DNA of 64,000 bases from Sphaerodactylus townsendi (lineage: Eukaryota). The notes below the pieces were generated by a model. It made no database searches, was not told the DNA's origin, and was given only the letters and a program-made list of their open reading frames with translations. The DNA is taken from NCBI RefSeq assembly GCF_021028975.2, contig NC_059430.1, positions 50,468,001 through 50,532,000 on the forward strand, written 5' to 3'. Made by a program: the position numbers and the translations under genes. Positions within the stretch are counted from its first letter, which is position 1. The number at the start of each line of letters is the position of its first letter. This document shows positions 61,908 through 64,000 of this stretch, piece after piece.

Positions 61908-62824
61908 GACTCAGATCGGGTTTTAGTTTGACAGAATTTTCCATCCTGAGTGCCACTTCTTCATTCCAGTCAAAGACTTCTAAGAAAAGTAAGCGTGTGC
62001 AACCTCTTACTTTAGAATTGTGCCCTATCTGTTTTATTTTTCATTCTCTGCAACACAGTGTGACATGCTGCTACTAGATAACTGTTTTAATTACTTTTTA
62101 ATTTAGAACCAAGCATATAAATCCCAATAGCAATAGGCTAGCAGAAATAATTTAAAGGCAATTAAATGAAGAAAGCTTTGGATTCTTGGATGATACTACA
62201 ACTCCTTTTTTTAAAAAATATAAAACCCTGCCCATAATTAGACTTTGTTTGGTTCTTCTGTTTAATCAAAATTCACTTAAAGCTCCTTCAAGAGATATTC
62301 CCTGCTAAGCTTGGTGCTGAACAACAGGCAGAGCCAATTTCCAAAAGAATGATTAGAAACATTTATTTTATTTATAATTTAATTGTAGCAGGACAAGTTA
62401 AATCAAAATGAATTATTAAAAAGGTTCTCTGAATACCAGATAATTGGGAAAATGAGAACAAGCTGGAAGGCAGAATTCCAAATGCTAAAGTCTTTCAAAA
62501 TTAAATATATTATAAACCAGCCTTGTCCAAGGACAGGTTCTTCATGCAGCTAAGATTATCATGAATGAGAAAAAGCTCAGATAAGTAACGTTTTAAAAAT
62601 TCTTTCCATGACTCTTCTGGATTTGCTGCAGCACACTAACATGGCTACTGCAATGTAAACTGTGCCATTAACTCCAACTTAGTCTAAGATTTCCGTGGCA
62701 TGAAACTAAGCATTGTCATCTACTGATATAAAAAGGGTTGCTTATCATTAAAATTACCAGGGGCCAGGCAAATAAGCTGGCAATCTGATATACAGCAGTT
62801 TCAAATGGAAAAGGAGAAAGTTTA

Positions 62825-63055
62825 GAACATAAGAAAGAGCCTGCTGGATCAGACCAGAATCCATCTAATCCAGCACTCTGCTATTCAGTGTGGCCCACCA
62901 GATGCCTTCAGGAGCTCACATGCAGGATGTAAAAGTAATGGCCCTCTGCTGCTGCTGCTCCCGAGCACCTGATCTGCTAAGGCATTTGCAATCTCAGATA
63001 AAGGAAGATCAAGATTGGTAGCCATAGATCGACTTCTCCTCCATAAATATGTCCA
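62825..63055 (-). mobile_element. CR1-type 3' end fragment
   Basis: AGAACATAAGAAAGAGCCTGCTGGATCAGACCAG..., the same as 14853-14990. Confidence 0.65.
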
Positions 63056-63223
63056 TAAATCTGTTCATAAGAACAGTTCTAAATTGTTGCTTTGCAATTC
63101 TAAAGCTAGATGTTCCAAAAATAAGGCAGCGTAAAACATTTCATCCTCCACTTTGTATAAGTCTGGACATATATCAAATCAGTAGCAGAGAGAGTCATGT
63201 GAGGACAGTCTTGAATGTACATC

Positions 63224-64000
63224 CAGTGGCGTTCCTGCCTAGGGACAGGGGGTACCCTATGTCCCCGGGCGCCCCCCATTTAGTCACGTGGGGGGCACCA
63301 ACATTTCAGGGCCATTTGTGTGTTTTTACATTTTTAAGTGTTTTTTCACGTTCTGGCCTGCAGGGGGCGCATTTTTAAGGCCAGCGGCACCAAAATTTCA
63401 GCGTACCGTCCAGAGACTGCCCTGATTATACCACCCAAATTTGGTGATGTTTGGTTCAGGGGCAGCAACGTTATGGACCCCAAAGGGGATGTCCCATCCC
63501 TATTGTTTTCAATGGGAGCTAACCTGAGATGGGGGCTACCCATTTGAGGGACCATAACTTTGGTCCCCCTGAACATAACTTCACCAAACCTGGGTGGCAT
63601 CATAAGAATAGTTAACAGATGATACCCTGAAAGTTTGGTGTCACTAGCTTTAAAAATACACCCCTTCCAGGCACCCCAAGAAATTTGCCCAAGATTCTTT
63701 GTTTTGCAGTGACTTTGCTCCATTGTAGCTAATGGGGAATTTCTGAGTGTGTGCAAGGCAGACTGCACATTTTTTTTTGAAGATAGAGGCACCAGACTTT
63801 CAGGGTGTTGTTGGCTCAGGAGGGCCTCCTGGTAATAGCATCCCAGGTTTAGAGACCTTTGCACTTCTGGGGGTTCAATTTTATGCATGGGCCCCCAAAA
63901 GGCACTTCAGCCCACATTTCCCCGCTCCTGCACATGAAAGCCTGTGGGCTGAGTTCTCTCAGAACTCTCTCAACTCCCCCCCCACACACCGAAGCAAAGC
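63224..64000. mobile_element. Non-autonomous hAT-like element, running off the window end
   Basis: Starts CAGTGGCGTTCCTGCCTAGGGACAGG. Internal blocks (TTTGGTTCAGGGG..TTATGGAC..) are shared with 43960-44150. Confidence 0.6.

Overview
Vertebrate genomic DNA, repeat-rich and mostly non-coding. The SINE, CR1, hAT-MITE and Penelope families point to a squamate, probably a gecko (inference). No host protein-coding exon could be supported. The main feature is a CpG-rich, TIR-bounded PIF/Harbinger DNA transposon of about 16.8 kb (17899-34736). It carries the usual convergent pair: a spliced Myb/SANT-like gene on + and a DDE_Tnp_4 transposase on -. It also carries a second spliced Myb/SANT-like gene on -, an inverted 5' paralog and a 3' paralog of that gene, and a 153-bp (51-aa) repeat array that appears to extend the first Myb protein. 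Three direct-repeat copies of a 'transposase remnant + CCAAT/CRE-like promoter' module show reciprocal gene loss. All genes carry frameshifts or stops, some of which may be assembly errors. The flanks hold Harbinger-type and hAT MITEs, tRNA-derived SINEs, CR1, L2, R4/Dong-like and RTEX-like LINE pieces, and short Penelope-like insertions with minimal hammerhead ribozyme motifs. There are two N gaps. All family names come from recall and by-eye reading; no searches were run.
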